Of a stretch of 64,000 nt of DNA, positions 10,879 to 23,429 are shown piece by piece. Every line of letters begins with the position of its first letter. The stretch's first letter is position 1. The stretch is from Desulfomonilia bacterium (GTDB lineage Bacteria > Desulfobacterota > Desulfomonilia > UBA1062). The notes under the pieces are model-generated. The model did no database searches and was not told the DNA's origin. It saw nothing but the letters and a program-made list of their open reading frames with translations. The translations under genes and the position numbers were made by a program. The stretch lies in assembly GCA_963664325.2 (NCBI GenBank), contig CAXXDQ010000007.1:320001-384000 (forward strand). Direction: 5' to 3'.

Positions 10879-11650
10879 CCCCGAACCATTTTATCGAAAG
10901 CTTTTTCATCGTCCCGTCTGCAAACATACCATCGAGTGTTTTCTGTATTTGATTTCTGAGCGCCAGATCCGGTTTTCTGAAACCTATTCCGATAGGTTCC
11001 GAAGTAAGGGGCTCCGGCAGGATTGTATATTCACCGGGACGCTGTGAAAGATAGTACCGTCCGACAAGTTCATCAACGGCAAGGGCTTCAATCCTGCCGA
11101 TCTTCAGGTCCATAAAGGCCGAAGTGTTCTTGTCGTAGCGTTTGACTTCCTTGAATTTTTTATTCAGCTTCTTTAATGCCTCTTCGGAAGTGCTCCCCAG
11201 CTGCACGCCAACGACATTCTTTTCACTCAAATCCTTGACGCTCTTGATTTTTTTGTTTCCCGCTTTTACAACCATGATCTGTTTTTCCAGGATGTATGGC
11301 CTTGAAAATGAAATTTCTTTTTCCCTTTCACGGGTAACCGACATCCCCGACCATATGATGTCGAACTTGCCTACCTTGAGTGACATGATAACACCTTCCC
11401 ATGCCGTCGGGAGATGTGTAACCCTGATGCCGAGACGCTTTCCCAGTTCTTTTGAGGCATCTATGTCAAACCCGACAAGTTCGTTTTTATCGTTGCGGAA
11501 TTCCATGGGGGGGAAGGAATCATCAATCCCGATAACGATTTCCCCCTTTGTCTTGACCTTGTTCCATGAATTGTCGGCTGCCTGAATGTTTCCCGAGACA
11601 ATCACAAATACGAAAAAGCTGAAGACCGTGATTGCAATCTTTTTATTCAT
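10856..11650 (-). CDS. amino acid ABC transporter substrate-binding protein
   Basis: Signal peptide; FPPMEF...GFDID, VGVQLGST, KWFG (SBP family 3). Confidence 0.95.
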   Translation of the reverse strand: MNKKIAITVFSFFVFVIVSGNIQAADNSWNKVKTKGEIVIGIDDSFPPMEFRNDKNELVGFDIDASKELGKRLGIRVTHLPTAWEGVIMSLKVGKFDIIWSGMSVTREREKEISFSRPYILEKQIMVVKAGNKKIKSVKDLSEKNVVGVQLGSTSEEALKKLNKKFKEVKRYDKNTSAFMDLKIGRIEALAVDELVGRYYLSQRPGEYTILPEPLTSEPIGIGFRKPDLALRNQIQKTLDGMFADGTMKKLSIKWFGDDITTKR

Positions 11651-11849
11651 AAAGATTTCCCCCTCGATTTAGTATCAGTCGTTCATAAAACAATTATTAT
11701 TTCTTTTCAATATATTGAGCAAGATGCCTGCAATGCAGTGCATTCAAGGATGCGGTTATGTCCATCAACATACAGGGGTTCATCCCCGCGAACTGCCCGG
11801 CAACATAATGGGTGTCCATCCTTATTTTTCCGTCCCTTCCAGTTTCATA

Positions 11850-12746
11850 TCACTTAATTCTCCCGTCCATCCTCAGTTTATCGATGATGGATTGAATCTG
11901 AGGAAGGGCTGCCTGGGCGGCTTTTTCGCCTTCGAGTATTGCTTCGCCCCTTTTTTCTATCTCAGCCGAACCTATCTGGCCTACCTTCGGCCTGATAACG
12001 ACATCGGCATTTTTAAGCTGATACGTGGATATTTTAGCATACATTATATCTATTGCCTGCAGGATTATATCCATAATTCCTTGAGGGACCGAATCCGCAA
12101 CACCACCCGATATGTCGACTGCTATTACAACATCCGCGCCTATCCTCCTGGCAGCATCCACCGCAACTGGACTTACGACGCCTCCATCTACATAAGTCCT
12201 GCCTGAAATCCTGACTGGCTGGAAAATACCGGGGATAGACGAGCTTGCCCTGACGGCCTTCCCTGCATTTCCAGACCCGAAAACAACCTCCTCGCCTGTT
12301 ACAAGGTCAGTAGAAACCGCATAAAATTTTATCTTGAACTTTTCAATAGGCGTATTGCCAAGAGATCCGTTGACAAAATTCTCAAGCTTTTCACCTTTTA
12401 TAAAACCGTTCTGGGGAATCGTCAGATCTACCACGTCGCTTTTTTCAACTTTCATTGCCAGAGCCTGGAGGTCATAGGCATTATACCCATAAGCATAAAA
12501 AGCCCCAGCAACACTGCCTGCACTTGTACCTATAATAAAATTAATCGGTATTTTATTTGCCTCCAGGACCTTCATTACCCCGATGTGCGCAAATCCCTTT
12601 GCGGCGCCTGCACCAAGGACAAGGGCAACTTTCGCAGGTTTCGGAGGAGTGACCTCCACCTTGACGGGAGTCTCTTTAAGTGCACAGGCGGAAATCAGAA
12701 CCATAACCATGCATAAGATCAAACCTGCAATCTTTTCCTTTTTCAT
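11850..12746 (-). CDS. patatin-like phospholipase (lipoprotein)
   Basis: LGAGAAKGFAHIG, GTSAG and DGG motifs; lipobox ISAC. Confidence 0.93.
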   Translation of the reverse strand: MKKEKIAGLILCMVMVLISACALKETPVKVEVTPPKPAKVALVLGAGAAKGFAHIGVMKVLEANKIPINFIIGTSAGSVAGAFYAYGYNAYDLQALAMKVEKSDVVDLTIPQNGFIKGEKLENFVNGSLGNTPIEKFKIKFYAVSTDLVTGEEVVFGSGNAGKAVRASSSIPGIFQPVRISGRTYVDGGVVSPVAVDAARRIGADVVIAVDISGGVADSVPQGIMDIILQAIDIMYAKISTYQLKNADVVIRPKVGQIGSAEIEKRGEAILEGEKAAQAALPQIQSIIDKLRMDGRIK

Positions 12747-12761
12747 ATCGTATAACCCTCC

Positions 12762-13829
12762 TTATTCTGCAGCATATGCAGCGGCTCTGTCCCCGACCTC
12801 GCTTGTCGTTATGCCCATCTGTCCTGCATACTGCGATTTCATATCTCGCGATATGACCTTTTTGATTGCGTTTTCCATTCTGGCCGCTGCCTTCTCCTCT
12901 CCAAGAGTCTTCATCATCATCTGCGCGGCGCCAATTGCCGCAAGCGGGTTGATTGAATTCTTGCCGGTCCACATCGGAGCCGTACCCCCTATCGGCTCAA
13001 ACAGGCTTACACCCATGGGATTGATGTTACCCCCGGCAGCAATGCCGAGCCCGCCCTGGGTTATGGCACCCAGATCGGTGATTATATCTCCGAACATGTT
13101 TTCAGTAACAATGACGTCAAACATCTCGGGACTGGAGACCATATAAAGGCATGTCGCATCCACATGGTAATATTCACGCTTTATATCGGGATATTCCATG
13201 TCACCCATCTCACTGAACACCCTGTTCCAGAGGCCAAATACATTTGTCAGGACATTGGATTTCCCAACAAGCGCCAGGGTGTTGCGTTTGGAGTGTTTCC
13301 TCGTATATTCGAATGCATATCTCAGGCATCTTTCAACCTGGAAGTAGCTGTAGACCATTTCCTCAACGGCTATTTCCTGTCTGGTTCCCTTCAGGCAAAC
13401 GCCTCCCATACCTGAATAGAGGCCGCCGGAATTCTCTCTTACAACTACATAATCGATATCGGCAGGCCCTTTGTTCTTGATCGGTGTTTCAACATTGGGA
13501 TAAAGTTTTACGGGTCTTAAATTTATGTACTGATCGAGCCCGAACCTTAATTTTAGCAGAATCCCTTTTTCGAGAATCCCCGGTTTAACGTCAGGATGAC
13601 CTATCGCCCCAAGATAAATGGCATCGAATTTCTTGAGTTCATCGAGTGTACTTTCAGGAAGAGTTTCACCGGACTTCAAATATCTCTCTCCACCGAAATC
13701 ATAATTTGTGAAATTGATTTTAAGGCCTTCGACCATGGTAACGGCATTGAGAACCTTGACACCTTCCGCAATGACTTCGGGGCCTGTCCCGTCACCGGGG
13801 ATCACGGCAATATTGTATGATTTCAGCAT
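12762..13829 (-). CDS. leuB: 3-isopropylmalate dehydrogenase
   Basis: IPGDGTGPEV, NLRP, VRENS, NMFGDIITDL, EPIGGTAP. Confidence 0.85.
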   Translation of the reverse strand: MLKSYNIAVIPGDGTGPEVIAEGVKVLNAVTMVEGLKINFTNYDFGGERYLKSGETLPESTLDELKKFDAIYLGAIGHPDVKPGILEKGILLKLRFGLDQYINLRPVKLYPNVETPIKNKGPADIDYVVVRENSGGLYSGMGGVCLKGTRQEIAVEEMVYSYFQVERCLRYAFEYTRKHSKRNTLALVGKSNVLTNVFGLWNRVFSEMGDMEYPDIKREYYHVDATCLYMVSSPEMFDVIVTENMFGDIITDLGAITQGGLGIAAGGNINPMGVSLFEPIGGTAPMWTGKNSINPLAAIGAAQMMMKTLGEEKAAARMENAIKKVISRDMKSQYAGQMGITTSEVGDRAAAYAAE

Positions 13830-13921
13830 GAATTCTCCTTCTGGTTTCCGGTAATGAGAAAATGATTCTGCAAAATGCTGATACTCGAAAACCTCTTGAA
13901 ATTACTTTAATGGGCTATGCT

Positions 13922-14605
13922 TCATCTTGGATAATTGTCAAGATAACTTTGAATATACTTTTTCACTCTTTCCCCAGGCGAGAATATTCCGAAATGGCCT
14001 TCACACAATATATCCGCCTCAAGCCGGAGAACCTTTCCCATGGATTCCCGCCATTTTAAAATGTCAGAATCGAAGTCAGGATGGAACGGCCCGTGAATAT
14101 CCTGGCCGAAAAGTATTCTCTGCCCGGCCTCATCAATATAAACTACAATCGAACCCGGAGTATGACCCGGGGTATGAAGCCAGTTGATCTTTCTGTCACC
14201 TATTTCAATCATTCCATCAGGCCCTTCAAGCCTGACGTCAACCCTGGTCCCGGGCAGCCTGACACCATACCAGTTTGATGCTGTTTTTTTAGGATCACCG
14301 GATTCGATTGCATCCGAATCAAGGCTGTGCGCCAACACTCTGGCCTGATATTTTTCCTTGAAAAATGTGGCTGCGCCGATGTGGTCGACATGACAGTGCG
14401 TAAGTATCAAAGTTTTTATTTTGGAAACATTCAGGCCGGTTTCTTCAATATTCTCGATTATGAAACCGGCGCTTTTGCCTGCCCCGCAGTCGATCATGCA
14501 GAGTTCACTGCCGCAGTCTACTATAAAAACCGATGCGTCCTCGGGGTTTGAAATATCAGACCCGCCGACCATGTAGATGCCCTGTGAAATTTTTTCCGAT
14601 TCCAT
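13922..14605 (-). CDS. MBL-fold metallo-hydrolase
   Basis: THCHVDH, TPGHTPGS and C-terminal GH motifs. Confidence 0.9.
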   Translation of the reverse strand: MESEKISQGIYMVGGSDISNPEDASVFIVDCGSELCMIDCGAGKSAGFIIENIEETGLNVSKIKTLILTHCHVDHIGAATFFKEKYQARVLAHSLDSDAIESGDPKKTASNWYGVRLPGTRVDVRLEGPDGMIEIGDRKINWLHTPGHTPGSIVVYIDEAGQRILFGQDIHGPFHPDFDSDILKWRESMGKVLRLEADILCEGHFGIFSPGERVKKYIQSYLDNYPR

Positions 14606-14616
14606 GACCTGTACGC

Positions 14617-14642
14617 AAAAGGGAGGCTTTCACGCCCCCCTT
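14617..14642 (-). terminator. rho-independent terminator
   Basis: Minus strand reads GGGGGGC-GTGAAA-GCCTCCC-TTTT just after the S8 gene stop. Confidence 0.65.
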
Positions 14643-14650
14643 GTTTATCC

Positions 14651-17600
14651 CTAAAGACTTACAGCTGAATTAACAAAGCACAACCCTGAAGAACCGCCGC
14701 CTCCCCCACTGTCAGAAGAAGCCTCTCCCGCCGCCTTGATCTGCTCCTTTGTCATCGGCCCGCCTTCAAGCATCAGCTGGCTTGTATTGCCTGCTTCATC
14801 TTTTGCAATAACCGCATAGTAGGCAAAATCATTTGGCATGTTTACATAGACAAGCTGATTGCCTGCCGCCGGATTTGCTATTGTTTTCAATACGGTAGCC
14901 TCATTGAAGTTACTGACATTTATCGGAGAAGAATATCCCAGAACCTTTATTTCCTTAGCCCTTCCATTTAAACCGTCATCACCGGGGCACCTGAAGGTCA
15001 GACCATCGCTTGTCCATTCGTATTCGGTTATGCCTGCCGGCGCCACCGCGTCATAGCCAAGATTCGAGGTATTCATGTTATCATGCCCGAAGGTAGGCCA
15101 CGTCTGAGGCTTTCCATTGCTTCCAGCCGTATATTTGCCTTCGGTGTCCCATATGAATATTCCGCCTTCCCTTGTGACTGCGGCGACTTCATTTTTGCCG
15201 TCATTGTCAATATCAGCAACAGCAGGCGTCATCATTATCCAGCCTGCAGTCAGTTTCGGAAACACGCCCCTGTCAAGACCATCCGCGCCGATTGCATGGA
15301 GAAGGTAAAGCCCCGAACCCGTAAGAACCTCATTGACGCCGTCACCGTCAACATCAGCGATTGCAGGCTCCGCATAAAGCGAGAAATCATCAATCGGTCT
15401 CGGGAAAGCATCTTCGAAACTGCCGGATTTTGAGTCCCATACCTGCATGACATGGTTGAACGGGAAGTTCTGTCCGGCTATGAACAGATTGAGTGCCCCG
15501 AAAAGAGAAAGCCCTCCCTGTGCGATCTCTATGTTGTCGTCCCTGTCCAGATTTCCCAAAGCGACGCTGCTGAAAAGGTTTAGAGAAACCGATTTGTCAT
15601 CAAGATATTCTTTCGCTTTGCTTCCCATGGGTGCACGCTTCATTTTGTTCAATATTTTTCCGTCACCGTCAATGATGGCTGTCTGGGATGATGTCGCGCA
15701 TGCAACAATCTCATCCGCTTTGTCATTGTCATAATCAAACGCCGCAGGTTTGGTTGATGGCCCGAGGAAGGGCAGTATATCGGGAAGCAGCGCTTTCAGG
15801 CTAACAGGCCAGCCTGTTACAAATGACCTTTTGCTGAAATTGTAATCCCTCCCTCCATCACTGTAATCCCCGTTGCCCGCACCCTGGATTGCATAAACAA
15901 GGCAGTCTTTTCCTGCCACATTTGTTATCGTATCAAGAGTTGAAGCCAGAAGCGTACCTCCGGGCTGGCTTGTGCTTGAGCCCGCCAGAACACTTTGGCC
16001 AAGCATCGCACTGCGGACATTATTTATGAGTGATTTCTGTTCGCTTGTTGTAACAGGCGTATCATCACCAGCTCCGACGACCTCGTTTGTCGCTACGACC
16101 AGTTCGGGTTTTCCATCCCCGTTGAGATCGGCTATACAGGGCGAATATATGATTTTCTGGCCGGATTTTTCATATGCCCTTGCATAAACAGGCCATCCCG
16201 GGCACATCCTGCCGTATTTATCCCATGCATATATTCTCTGGTCACCGGCCGCTACTATGATTTCCTTGAACCCGTCGTTATTGATATCAAAAAGAACAGG
16301 CGGTGCCATGGCGCCCGGAGAAATCGGATTTTCAGTACTGTTGCTGTTTTCATAACCTGGGTAATCGGGGTCATGATCGGCGTTGTGCACCTTTCCCTGC
16401 AGAACATCCAGTTTGAAGTTTGCGCTTATGTCGAACTTCATCGGGGGCCTGTCTGGATCGAGATAGAAACAGTAGACCGTCCCGCCGGCAACATCGACAA
16501 TCTCTTTGACTCCGTCATTGTCGATATCCGCAATTGCCGGCGTTACAAATGAAGGCCTGTAAACCGGCAGACGTCCAAGCGACCTGTACATGTCTGAACG
16601 GATATATTCAATATCGACCTTTCCATTACCGGCAAAATTGATTTCGTCGGCCGCAAATTCGATTTTCCTGCCCTTGTATGTAAACGGAGAGCCGTCATGC
16701 CTGTATATCAGTATCCTGCCGTCCGATGTGGCGATAATGACTTCTTTGAGGTTGTCTCCATCAAGGTCTTCCAGCCTGGGCGCGGATTCCCCTCCTACGC
16801 CCAAGAATTTGGGCCATCCTGCATGAAGGTCCTTGTCTTCGCACATGAAGAACGCCCTGCGGTCTTCGGCAAGCACTTTATCTTTCCTGGGATTATTCGG
16901 GTCTGTTCCCATGACCCTGAGCCTGATTGTGAACATGTGCCTGTTGGCCTGGATGCTGGCGCTTCCCCTGTAAGTCGTGTCAGGCTCCTTCGAATACCAG
17001 CCCATGTCAAGACCTGAGGGCATAACTTTCTGCCTGATGTCTGCAAGGCTGATCGGCCCGCCGAAGTCGATATCTTCACCCTGAGATGATCCTTTTCTTA
17101 TTTCCTGAAAAGCACTGTTGTCGGGTTCAACACCATATCCTGATTCGATTACCCAAGATTTTGCGGAAGTATCTGCAAAGAGAATATCCCCCTTCAGCTC
17201 AAGGAGGTCCTTCCTGGGATCAAGATACTGCGACCACTGAGGCGCGGTTATCCTTGCGACAGGCGGTATCTTCCCGTCATTCAGCATCTTGACAGCCCAA
17301 TACAGATTTACCCTTCCGTAACCGAAATGCTGGTCCCAGCCGACCTGAGACGGATCAGGTGTTCCCGTGCCCTGTGTATCTTCAGGCACAACATCCTCGG
17401 CAGACATTGTCAGTAGCTGTTTTATCTGGTCAGGATGGACAGGCATGCCGCTGCCGTAGCTGAACTGCTTTTGGATTTCCTTATTTTCGAGCATGCGCCT
17501 TGCATGCGATATCAGAAGCCCTCCTGCACCTGATGACAGGGCCGTGGAGTGTGAACCGGAACTTACCTCAAAGGAAATATGGTTTTTGGCGCCGAACTGA

Positions 17601-18838
17601 CACAAACCCGAATTTCTGAACCATGTGTTCACACCTGAAAGGGGAACTCCTTCAATATATGTGTCAGGTACGACCCCTGTGCAGTATATGGGTTCATTAA
17701 GGTACGTCGGCCAGTTGTGGTTTGCGCTGTTTATGTCGGAAGAAACCATGAATACTGCCATGCCTTTTTTGTAGGCATACTCGACCGCATCTCTGCATAA
17801 CCCGGAATTGCTCAACCCGCCGAGCGCCCCTTCAATTACATGGGCTCCATTGAAGGCTGCATAAAATACCGCCTGTCCGTAATAATTTGTATCCTGGACA
17901 AAGGAATCCCAGGTCTTGAGAGGCATTATCATGCAATTGGGACAAGCCCCTATTTCATCTATCGATTCGGGATCGTCGAAAAATTCCCCGCCTGCCGCAA
18001 GGGACTGGCCCGTACCATGATACAGGGCAGTACTGGTATAGCTGGACACATCATCGGCGTCATTGTCGCCTGCGAAGAAATCCCAGCCGCAGATATCATC
18101 CGCATAGCCGTTCAGGTCATCATCAATTCCGTCACTGAAAGCCCTGATGAGGTGCTGGGGGGTGTACGGGAGGTCTGGTATCGTTCCGTTGAACGACCCC
18201 TTGCCGTGTTTTTCTTCATAATCCCTGATAAAATTGAACTCATAGTGACTCTTGTCTTCCTGATAGTATTTATTGCGTGCATCAATGATCTTATCAAGCA
18301 CATCATCAGTTAACTGGGGATTAATTTTCTTCATTTCCTGATAGCTTTTGATCGCATCCACATAATCCTGCATGTTGAAGACGCCGTCATTGTTGTAATC
18401 GAATACAGGGTTTCCATCATTGTCTCTGGAAGGAGGATAGTTTTTAAGCTCGCCCCTGTTAAGATAAAACTTGTTGACCAGCCCCGGTTTGTACCACTGT
18501 ACACCGGTATCGATTATTGCGATTATGGTCCTTGGATCGCCGGTCTCGATAGTCCAGGCCTTGTCAACCGAGGAGCCGGCCGGAACAGTTTTACCTTTCA
18601 TTGAATTTCCATCCGGATCCCTGACATAATCGGTTTTATATTTTTGGGAAGCGCCGAATGAATCGCTTGTCAGCCAGTACTGGTCGCCTATAATTTTTTT
18701 GAAACCGTCATTAAAACCTTTTCCGATGTCATTGGGATCAACCAGATAATAGATGATATTCTTTGTTTCAGGAAATGATGCGAATACTATCCCGGATGCC
18801 GTTATCAAAAATACTGTTACTACGATCAATCTCCTCAT
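14651..18838 (-). CDS. large secreted S8 (subtilisin-like) peptidase with FG-GAP/VCBS repeats and Gly-rich CFx tail
   Basis: Signal peptide; IAIIDTG, GWDF and HGT motifs; many DxDxDGxxE repeats; ends SGGGGGSSGLCFVNSAVSL. Confidence 0.85.
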   Translation of the reverse strand: MRRLIVVTVFLITASGIVFASFPETKNIIYYLVDPNDIGKGFNDGFKKIIGDQYWLTSDSFGASQKYKTDYVRDPDGNSMKGKTVPAGSSVDKAWTIETGDPRTIIAIIDTGVQWYKPGLVNKFYLNRGELKNYPPSRDNDGNPVFDYNNDGVFNMQDYVDAIKSYQEMKKINPQLTDDVLDKIIDARNKYYQEDKSHYEFNFIRDYEEKHGKGSFNGTIPDLPYTPQHLIRAFSDGIDDDLNGYADDICGWDFFAGDNDADDVSSYTSTALYHGTGQSLAAGGEFFDDPESIDEIGACPNCMIMPLKTWDSFVQDTNYYGQAVFYAAFNGAHVIEGALGGLSNSGLCRDAVEYAYKKGMAVFMVSSDINSANHNWPTYLNEPIYCTGVVPDTYIEGVPLSGVNTWFRNSGLCQFGAKNHISFEVSSGSHSTALSSGAGGLLISHARRMLENKEIQKQFSYGSGMPVHPDQIKQLLTMSAEDVVPEDTQGTGTPDPSQVGWDQHFGYGRVNLYWAVKMLNDGKIPPVARITAPQWSQYLDPRKDLLELKGDILFADTSAKSWVIESGYGVEPDNSAFQEIRKGSSQGEDIDFGGPISLADIRQKVMPSGLDMGWYSKEPDTTYRGSASIQANRHMFTIRLRVMGTDPNNPRKDKVLAEDRRAFFMCEDKDLHAGWPKFLGVGGESAPRLEDLDGDNLKEVIIATSDGRILIYRHDGSPFTYKGRKIEFAADEINFAGNGKVDIEYIRSDMYRSLGRLPVYRPSFVTPAIADIDNDGVKEIVDVAGGTVYCFYLDPDRPPMKFDISANFKLDVLQGKVHNADHDPDYPGYENSNSTENPISPGAMAPPVLFDINNDGFKEIIVAAGDQRIYAWDKYGRMCPGWPVYARAYEKSGQKIIYSPCIADLNGDGKPELVVATNEVVGAGDDTPVTTSEQKSLINNVRSAMLGQSVLAGSSTSQPGGTLLASTLDTITNVAGKDCLVYAIQGAGNGDYSDGGRDYNFSKRSFVTGWPVSLKALLPDILPFLGPSTKPAAFDYDNDKADEIVACATSSQTAIIDGDGKILNKMKRAPMGSKAKEYLDDKSVSLNLFSSVALGNLDRDDNIEIAQGGLSLFGALNLFIAGQNFPFNHVMQVWDSKSGSFEDAFPRPIDDFSLYAEPAIADVDGDGVNEVLTGSGLYLLHAIGADGLDRGVFPKLTAGWIMMTPAVADIDNDGKNEVAAVTREGGIFIWDTEGKYTAGSNGKPQTWPTFGHDNMNTSNLGYDAVAPAGITEYEWTSDGLTFRCPGDDGLNGRAKEIKVLGYSSPINVSNFNEATVLKTIANPAAGNQLVYVNMPNDFAYYAVIAKDEAGNTSQLMLEGGPMTKEQIKAAGEASSDSGGGGGSSGLCFVNSAVSL

Positions 18839-19107
18839 ACCATTAAACCCCCATTAGATAATTGAAACATGAGTGAATATATATACGATTTTTCTTATAA
18901 AAAATCAACTTTATTATATAATTACCTTGGAATGAACACATGTCATAAAATGCAGTATAATTCAACGGGATGACGACAGCACCTCTGCTCAAAATCATAC
19001 GGCAATACAGCCAATATCTTGAATTGGAATGATCGTTTTTAAAATGCGCTTTTAAACGCATATTTTACAGGTTTACCTGACTGCAGATTTGATATAAAAT
19101 TATTTTC

Positions 19108-19449
19108 ATGACAAGCTTTCTCATCAAATGGGCCGTATCTGCCATATCGCTTGCAGTTGCGGCCAAATTAATCAAGGGCATCAACATCGACAGCGGATGG
19201 ACGCTTCTCATAGCCGCGCTGGTAATAGGACTCCTTAATGCCACGTTGAGATGGGTCCTGATTATCCTGACGCTGCCGATAAACATTCTTACGCTCGGGC
19301 TTTTCACCTTTGTCATCAACGCCGTCATGATCATACTGGCTTCCAAACTGGTCAACGGATTCCAGGTCGATGACTTCTGGACCGCTTTTCTGGCAGCAAT
19401 ACTGATGTCGATCGTGGGCTTTTTCCTGAATATCCTTTTTGATTCCTGA
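19108..19449 (+). CDS. YvlD/DUF360 'phage holin family' 4-TM membrane protein
   Basis: GLLNA...LTLPINILTLGLF..VINA...GF.V..FW.A pattern. Confidence 0.9.
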   Translation: MTSFLIKWAVSAISLAVAAKLIKGINIDSGWTLLIAALVIGLLNATLRWVLIILTLPINILTLGLFTFVINAVMIILASKLVNGFQVDDFWTAFLAAILMSIVGFFLNILFDS

Positions 19450-19455
19450 TGCCGG

Positions 19456-21728
<2,273 letters not shown>

Positions 21729-21903
21729 TTATAAATCTTGGTTGAACATGTAAACCCGATAAAAATAAAATATTACATTAAAGAAAGAATGGTTTTTGGC
21801 CGAAAGGTATTTTTTAAATAAAATAAAACAGCTTGATTTTGTTGTGCGCTTGATGAATAGAAGAAAAGCGTTTATTACAATCTATCAAGATAAGGAGATT
21901 GTT

Positions 21904-22140
21904 ATGGCAAAAGTTGTATTCAATGTTCAGGACCAGTTTTTAAATCAGGCACGCAAGGAAAGAGTGTCCATCGTGATAACGCTTCTTGATAACGTAAAAA
22001 TGGAAGGGCATGTAAAAAGCTTCGACCCGTTCTGCATACTTCTGCAGACAGATAAGCCAGTCCTGATTTACAAGCACGCAGTAGCAAGCATCGAGCCGCT
22101 TGAGGTGAATTCCAAGTTAAAGGATTTCCTGGCAGGATGA
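21904..22140 (+). CDS. hfq: RNA chaperone Hfq
   Basis: QDQFLN, SFD.F and IYKHA motifs; AAGGAG RBS before ATG 21904. Confidence 0.9.
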   Translation: MAKVVFNVQDQFLNQARKERVSIVITLLDNVKMEGHVKSFDPFCILLQTDKPVLIYKHAVASIEPLEVNSKLKDFLAG

Positions 22141-23228
22141 GCTTGCCAAATGGTTTGAGGGCGGCCGTTATTCTGGCCGCCAGCCTGTTAATATCCTTAC
22201 CAGCCTACCCTGCTGAAACAACCCTGACCTCACAAGGCACGGGTATAATCAACAGTCCGAATATTCAGAAGGCGGAAGAGGCGGCAAAACAGGACGCATA
22301 CACAAAGGCCCTGACGCAATATGTTCTTAAACTCGTCCCTCAAAGCTCGGCTTACGCCGTTCTGAACAAGCTTCCGGGGCTTATAACCGAGCGCGGCATG
22401 CAGGATGCCACGGTAATAAGACTTGTTTCAAAAAATCAGCAGCTGAATTTTGTCTATGCCACCTATGAATTCACCGTGAAAGATGACTTCCTTAAGCAAT
22501 GGATTTCAACAAACAGGTTTGATGTGGCGGCCGAATTCAGACCAAGGGTCATGCTTGCCGTGACAACAACGGCACCGGGAGAAAGCAGCCGCGAATGGTG
22601 GAACTCTCCCGGGAAAAAGAAATATTCGGGTTTTGAATCAAAACTCGCATCCGAGCTGGCCCAATGGGGTGAAAATATTTTTACCGAGGCCCCCGAATCA
22701 AGGGCCGGAGGGGTAGAGGCCATAACAATAGCATCATTGTTCAAGGCCGACCTGCTTTTATCCGGCAGCATACGGATTCAGCCTCTGGGCGGTACTATGA
22801 ATCAATGCACATTGAAATTGAACCTTGTTACAGTACCGGGCAAGGCGGTAATAGGCTCATGGAATCTCTCAAAAAAGGCGGAACTGCCTGTCAAGGACAT
22901 GTACGGCCTTGTAATTTCATCCATCCTTGACGAACTCAGACAAAAGATAGACCAGAAGATAACAACAGCATCGATCCCTTCATTCGAAACAACAATCTGC
23001 ATCGATAATATAAAAAATCATGAATCGTATCAGAAGGTTTATGACGCCGTTGCCTCGACTAATGGCGTACTCGAGATTCAGATAAGCAGCATATACTCCC
23101 ATTCCATCTGCCACAGGGCAAAAATCAGGGGCACCCTTGATGAAATAATGCAGAACTTCAAAAGCAAAAACATCCCCGGTGTAGATATCCAGATAAAAGA
23201 CGATTCCGCCCGGCTTGTAATCGAGTAG
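22137..23228 (+). CDS. exported hypothetical protein (possibly DUF2066/FlgT-N-like)
   Basis: Signal peptide; start overlaps the hfq stop (ATGA); family call is tentative. Confidence 0.6.
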   Translation: MSLPNGLRAAVILAASLLISLPAYPAETTLTSQGTGIINSPNIQKAEEAAKQDAYTKALTQYVLKLVPQSSAYAVLNKLPGLITERGMQDATVIRLVSKNQQLNFVYATYEFTVKDDFLKQWISTNRFDVAAEFRPRVMLAVTTTAPGESSREWWNSPGKKKYSGFESKLASELAQWGENIFTEAPESRAGGVEAITIASLFKADLLLSGSIRIQPLGGTMNQCTLKLNLVTVPGKAVIGSWNLSKKAELPVKDMYGLVISSILDELRQKIDQKITTASIPSFETTICIDNIKNHESYQKVYDAVASTNGVLEIQISSIYSHSICHRAKIRGTLDEIMQNFKSKNIPGVDIQIKDDSARLVIE

Positions 23229-23429
23229 AAAAACCATATTCTTTTAAGCCTGTTGTATAGATAACCTGCCATCACCTATATTCTTGCTGGGTTTGCTTTC
23301 AGTGCATATCTGCGGCAGCGATATATGATTTATAAACTGTCTGAAAATGAAGATATCATCAAGTAATTTTGATAACTATTGCAGGATCCATGTAGTATCC
23401 TGAAGTATTCATTGTTGCAGGCGACATGG

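Noticed and set aside
11806-11840. ATGGGTGTCCATCCTTATTTTTCCGTCCC as a third copy of the dispersed repeat
   Set aside because: Similarity is limited to short GTCC motifs; insufficient without a genome-wide search.
11850-12746. Patatins (also 34553-35452) as CBASS-type effectors
   Set aside because: RssA/NTE-like housekeeping type in a metabolic context; no cyclase gene.
19108-19449. 'Phage holin' as evidence of a prophage
   Set aside because: The YvlD/DUF360 family is a common chromosomal gene, and there are no phage genes nearby.
21796-21903. Extended N-termini given by the ORF track (hfq, miaB, SDR 27130, ACAD 29306, cupin 54923)
   Set aside because: Downstream starts have proper RBSs and match family N-termini; the extensions overlap neighbours or promoters.
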